From: Callorhinchus milii
Lineage: Eukaryota
Assembly (NCBI RefSeq): GCF_018977255.1
Contig: NW_024705530.1
Coordinates: forward strand, 1 to 36,403
Length of the DNA stretch: 36,403 bases
Reading direction: 5' to 3'
Part shown: piece after piece, positions 1 through 36,403 of the stretch
Layout: every line of letters starts with the position of its first letter
Numbering within the stretch: the first letter of the stretch is position 1
Notes under the pieces: model-generated
Told to the model about the DNA's origin: nothing
The model's database searches: none
The model's input: the letters and a program-made list of their open reading frames with translations, nothing else
Translations under genes and position numbers: made by a program

Positions 1-59
1 TTTCCCAAATCACCCACGCCTCTAGTCCACCAGTATGCGTCGACCACGGTGAGTCGATC

Positions 60-355
60 AGTAGTGGGTCGCGTGTGACGTGGTGGGGTAGAGCGGTGGT
101 GCCACCCGAGTTCGATTCCCACTCACGGCCAACACCGGTGACGATTATCTAACCGGTCCTGGGCATCCTCCCTCTAGGTCGACTCAGCCTTAAATGAGTA
201 CCTGGTGCGGTGTGTAAACATCGCGACTGGGGAGACAAAGGAGGTCGGGCGTGGTACTGGTCACCACCCCCTAGTGTGCCGTGCTGGCCTTCATAGGTGC
301 TCGCTAACAGCACTTGCCCTACAGCCTGTTAATGCTGTGCGGGGGATCTTTGTTG
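60..355 (+). mobile_element. tRNA-headed SINE (family A, Nin-domain-like core)
   Basis: A-box-like TGGGGTAGAGCGG, B box GAGTTCGATTCCC, core GTCGACTCAGCCTTAAATGAGTACC. Homologous copies at about 18170, 19750 and 31850. Confidence 0.75.
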
Positions 356-1054
356 TTGGTGTGGTAGAGTGCCACCTCTGTCAAGACATCTTTCCAGTGT
401 GAAAGAGTAGGCCAGAATATTGTCTTACTACAGAGGGCTCTCTCTCGCTCTTATGGAGGGCCTTCCGTCAACTGTGGAATGATTAAGTAATTTTATGGTT
501 GCAGCTTAGATGTTTTTTTTTACAAAGTCGTTATGCGGTAATCTGTTTCTCTTGCCGCGTGCTCTGTGGGAATTGTTGTTGCAAACTAAAGCACTATGAT
601 GCTGTGACGAGTTGTTACTGGATTGCCAGTTTGGTGGTAAGCGTTTACGTCGAAAAATACAACCCTTATATGAGAGAGCCACGAGTACATGGTTTATGAA
701 GATGGAGAGATTAAGACTGAGAAACGTACGCTGCAGATAAAACAACTTGCCTATTGATTTTCATAAAACTGAGAAACACAAGAACATAGCATATACTTTT
801 TTTTAATAAAGTTGCTCTTATCAATATTTAGTTTGACACTTCAATATAACATTTTGCCCATCTCGATCATCAATTTCATGTATTGACCGAATGACACAGC
901 TTTTACATCTTATCTAACTCAATACCGTCAACATTTTCTTGATTTTAACAGAATGTTCCCTCTTTAACTTTTAAAAAATGTTGTCGTAATAAATTGCTGC
1001 CTACCCCTTCTGATTTTTGTTTGTATGTCGCGTACTGTCACAAACTTATGCATT

Positions 1055-1343
1055 TTTCGATTTAAAGATTTCGTGACTGCAGGGATTCATCTTCTTGGTT
1101 CTCTCGGTAAAGTCACGTAGAAGGGAAATAATAAAATAATAAAAATAAAACATAATAAAATACAATTCTCACGACGTTTCGGCCACAACGCAAGCAGCCG
1201 TCCTCAGGTGAAGAACAGGGCTGTCGGAAAGACAGCGTCTGAATTCAGACGTTGTCTTTGTATTTTATTATGTTTTATTTTTATTTTTATTTTATTATTT
1301 CCCTTCTACGTGACTTTACCGAAAGAACCAAGAAGCTATGAAT
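1055..1343. mobile_element. Fold-back Penelope-like terminal repeat fragment with a hammerhead motif
   Basis: Arms 1084-1165 and 1258-1343 are inverted repeats, with an inner palindrome at 1229-1256 and a hammerhead core on the minus strand. Confidence 0.65.
1168..1212 (-). ncRNA. Minimal type I hammerhead ribozyme motif
   Basis: UUCAC CUGAGGA C GGCUGC-loop-GUGGCC GAAAC GUC GUGAG. Confidence 0.7.
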
Positions 1344-2391
1344 GTCAATTTGCATGTGCATTGTGCACAGCATGCAATCTGACATCAAAGGAAATACAGG
1401 TAATTTTTTCTATTTTCAATTAACTTATGAAAAATTTGCTTTGTTCAATGTTCTGTAACATGAGGCAGAAAAACACGATTGTGATCGATACACAATGATC
1501 GTGCGCATAATAAAGATACGCATACACTAATGATTATTTTAATATACATACCATCAGTTGTGGTTTGAACAATGCAATGATTCATCTGCTAGATCTCATT
1601 ATTTTGTGTGACAGTGGTTGGATATTTATAGTCATGTTCTTCTATTTGCAAAGTCTAATTGAAAGTAATGCACTGTGCCTTGGAGGGACACCAGGGCTTA
1701 AAGCTCTTTGCGTCCACTGATCCTCCAGAGTGGGATCAGTTGAAGCCAAAATACAAAGTTCCAACACGATATCCCGAGGACGTCCTCGACAGCGCACGGT
1801 GGAATCTTCTGGGTTTATTTTTTGACAATTTCCCCAGCCCACGTGGGGGGCCACTCCGCTATATATTTGAGCTCGTGCGTGACTCGACGCGATATTCGGG
1901 GCTGACTTTTTCCAGGTCGGTTTATTGTTTGGTGTGCCTGGAAACACCAACGCCCTGCCTATTTTGACAGAATTAGCAGAAGCAGATTAAAAAATTCCCC
2001 ATCTCTTGTTAACAACTCAAACAAGTTAATTCGGTGAAGCGTAACAACAACATGAACACATGCTGTGTAACTTTAAAAACCACACCTGACAATACATTTA
2101 CTTTTTGTGAGGTTCCTTTAAAACTGGTTTCAGCCTACAAAATGTGACATTTTTTTAAAATTCCAGCTGAATCCAATATAACCAATGTAAATTCATCAAT
2201 AAGTAATTAATAACTCACGGAACCCAGAACGGACACGTTTAAGAAATGAAGCAAGAGTTGATCGCCAGGAATGACATTTGACTTGAGCTGCGTCTGTCCT
2301 CGTCGAGGTATGTACGTCCTGTCATAATTGTTTCAATTCTTCTCTGTTTGCTGTATAAGGCTGAGTCAACTTCTCTGATCCAGAGTTCACC

Positions 2392-34173
<31,782 letters not shown>

Positions 34174-34235
34174 GTGAGTTCATCGTCCGTCCGGCCGGGA
34201 ATGCAAATCCACGGTGCCATGAAGGAAGGCCATAT

Positions 34236-34494
34236 GTACGTGTACGTGTGTTGAACTTCTTTCGTACCGTACGTAGCCAACCGTGCACGCCGGACGTGCG
34301 GTGGAAGGACAACAAACTAAACACGAAAAGCAGTTCTAAAGGAATTAGTTTGTAATCTATAATTAAAAGTTCGTAGCTTCAGTGGCTTCCTAATCAACTG
34401 ATTTTTGTGTTCAGTTTGTGGTCCTTCTCCGCACCTCAGATTAGCACAGTTTGCTACGTACGGCGCGAAAGAAGTTCAACATACGTACGTTCAT
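34236..34494. mobile_element. MITE-like element with about 50-bp inverted termini
   Basis: TGTTGAACTTCTTTCGTACCGTACGTAGC and its reverse complement at 34454-34482. Solo copies of the motif at about 18321-18360 and 24968-25003. Confidence 0.55.
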
Positions 34495-36403
34495 CGAGGG
34501 CAGAACCTTGTTGCCCCTTGGAAACCAAATATTGGAACGAAACCTGTAAAGTATTATGAGAAACGAAGACTAACAGTGACGTACCCATTACTACTGCTGG
34601 GCGCATAGAGGGGTGGGGAGATTTAAGAAATGTTCCGATTATTTTAATTGCTGTGCCAGGAGATCATACCAGCGACCTCTGGATTCGCAACCCCAGTCTG
34701 CTAACCACTACACCCACGGCAGCAGCGTATTGTCAATGACCTCCAAATAATTAAAAGCATCGTTAAAAGTGTCATTTGCAAATTCATCCAGGACTATAGA
34801 ATTCTTAGCTGTGAACGTGTGAATCGAGTACATGTTTACATTTGCATGTGCGCACACACGCATGCATGCCCGGTGTGCATTGCAAGCATGTGCACTTTGG
34901 TATTGCGTGCGGCGATCGGCGCTGGATTCTCGCTCGCGCTCTCTGCTCCGAGGCCGTCAGGCGACCCGTGCATGCTCCCGCAAGCCGTGCGTACAGCGCG
35001 CACTGTGCGATGAACCCGGGACAGAGAAGGGATGAGAAGAGCTTTCATTCTTTTTTTGTGTGTGTGTGTGAGGCCGGAATGTTTTTCGAAACATTCCTCA
35101 GCGTCTGTGTGGTCTCATCTCCATCACGGTCCGTACGGACGTTAATATCTCGTTGGCTGAAGGATTACCTGCACGCGAACATATCTTCAAGTCACACTTT
35201 CTCCACGTAGTAAATTAGGTGTCTATTTGAATTACTTAAGGTAGCTGGGCTTTGTTTTTTGCAAGAAATATGGAATTATGTGTTTCATGTTGGAGTGTAA
35301 GCATTTGTGCATGCTGACACATATTAAACACGTTTTTTATGTTCACTCGACGTATTAGTCTTATTTATGCATCTAGTTCTAAATGGTCACATTTCACAGT
35401 AGCTTTTATTGACAGCAAATCATCCCAGGAGTGAAAGAGAATTCGTTTTAAAATGAAGGAGCTCTTGTTATCAGTTGCATTGTCATATTTCTCTACAATT
35501 CACTTTTTTGTTCAATGTCAAGGTTAATTTTTGTGGCATCCTTCAATGGAATTAGGTAATAAAAGTTATAGTTTTGGAAATAACGGTATTTTAAATATTA
35601 AACTGGCAATCTGAATTCACTCTTGTAACTCATTAATCACAGGTATTCTCCAACATTACAGTAAATGTCCAGGACACCTTCACTTGCGGAATCACATTTA
35701 CCCGGCGATGTCATACGTTGAAAAGATGTAAAGCCACTGGCATGTTTGTTATTGAGAAATGACTTGGAGGGGAATGGCAGTGCAGAAGGATGGCTATCTG
35801 TCTAGAGTCTGGGGGTGAGTCCGATGCGATCTGTCGTAGGTCGCTCGAATTCGCATGCCCCATGTTTTGGCTGCCAAGGAATGCCACGTGAATGATGTTT
35901 GATAAGAGATCCCCCTTTTTGCGTAGCAGATATGAATTGTAAACTGGATAAGACTCTCGGTGACATGTGGAAACCGTGAATGTTCACATGGGGCAAGCAG
36001 AAGCCCTCTTGCATGCTGTCGTGTAGAACCTACAACAATTGTTTCATGATTAACCAAAGTCAGAAGAAACATAAAATATATATACGGGACATTTTTGGCA
36101 GTTTACAAGATGTTGAAAAATAATAGTTTTTACCTATTATTTTTACCTGTCCTTATTAATCAAATATTTTTTTAAAATAAGAATAGATTAAAACCTGTTC
36201 TTAGGTTTTACCTATTCTTAATCAGATGTAAACAACTGCTCGACCTGAGTTCTAAGTGTTCTGATACTTACAATGTCTTTGTACCATTCACTTTTTGGCA
36301 TTCGCTGATATAACACTGCTGAGACAAGGCCATTACGTCTCCGGTGTAGGCACATCAGTTTAAAAGACAATGCTTATAGTATAATCGGAGCGCGTTTGTT
36401 TGC

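Noticed and set aside
2237..2391. Upstream non-coding exon ending at GAG|GTATGT (2307) with an acceptor at 2359 or 2383
   Set aside because: Plausible, but cannot be resolved without transcripts; no promoter could be assigned with confidence.

Overview
Eukaryotic genomic DNA. CpG-rich introns, very GC3-rich codons and the SINE/Penelope repeat content suggest a lamprey-like chordate, but this is inference. The window holds the 5' part of one plus-strand sarcomeric myosin heavy chain gene most like MYH16. I traced 16 coding exons from the ATG at 2392 through the motor domain, converter and IQ motifs into the start of the S2 coiled coil at 34173; the rest lies beyond the window. Three 1-bp deletions, all in homopolymer runs, break the frame, which points to assembly error or pseudogenisation. 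A 30-N gap at 6683-6712 is followed by about 8.35 kb (6713-15061) of featureless, random-looking sequence. It sits where about six motor-domain exons (switch I region) should be and ends at a broken splice acceptor. I regard it as probably non-biological (shuffled, synthetic or artefactual) and found no system in it. The introns contain fold-back Penelope-type repeats carrying minimal hammerhead ribozyme motifs with covarying stem II, an inverted fragment of one of the gene's own exons, 5S- and tRNA-headed SINEs sharing an RTE-like tail, a 70-bp minisatellite derived from a SINE tail, and hAT-type MITEs with 8-bp target-site duplications (TSDs).
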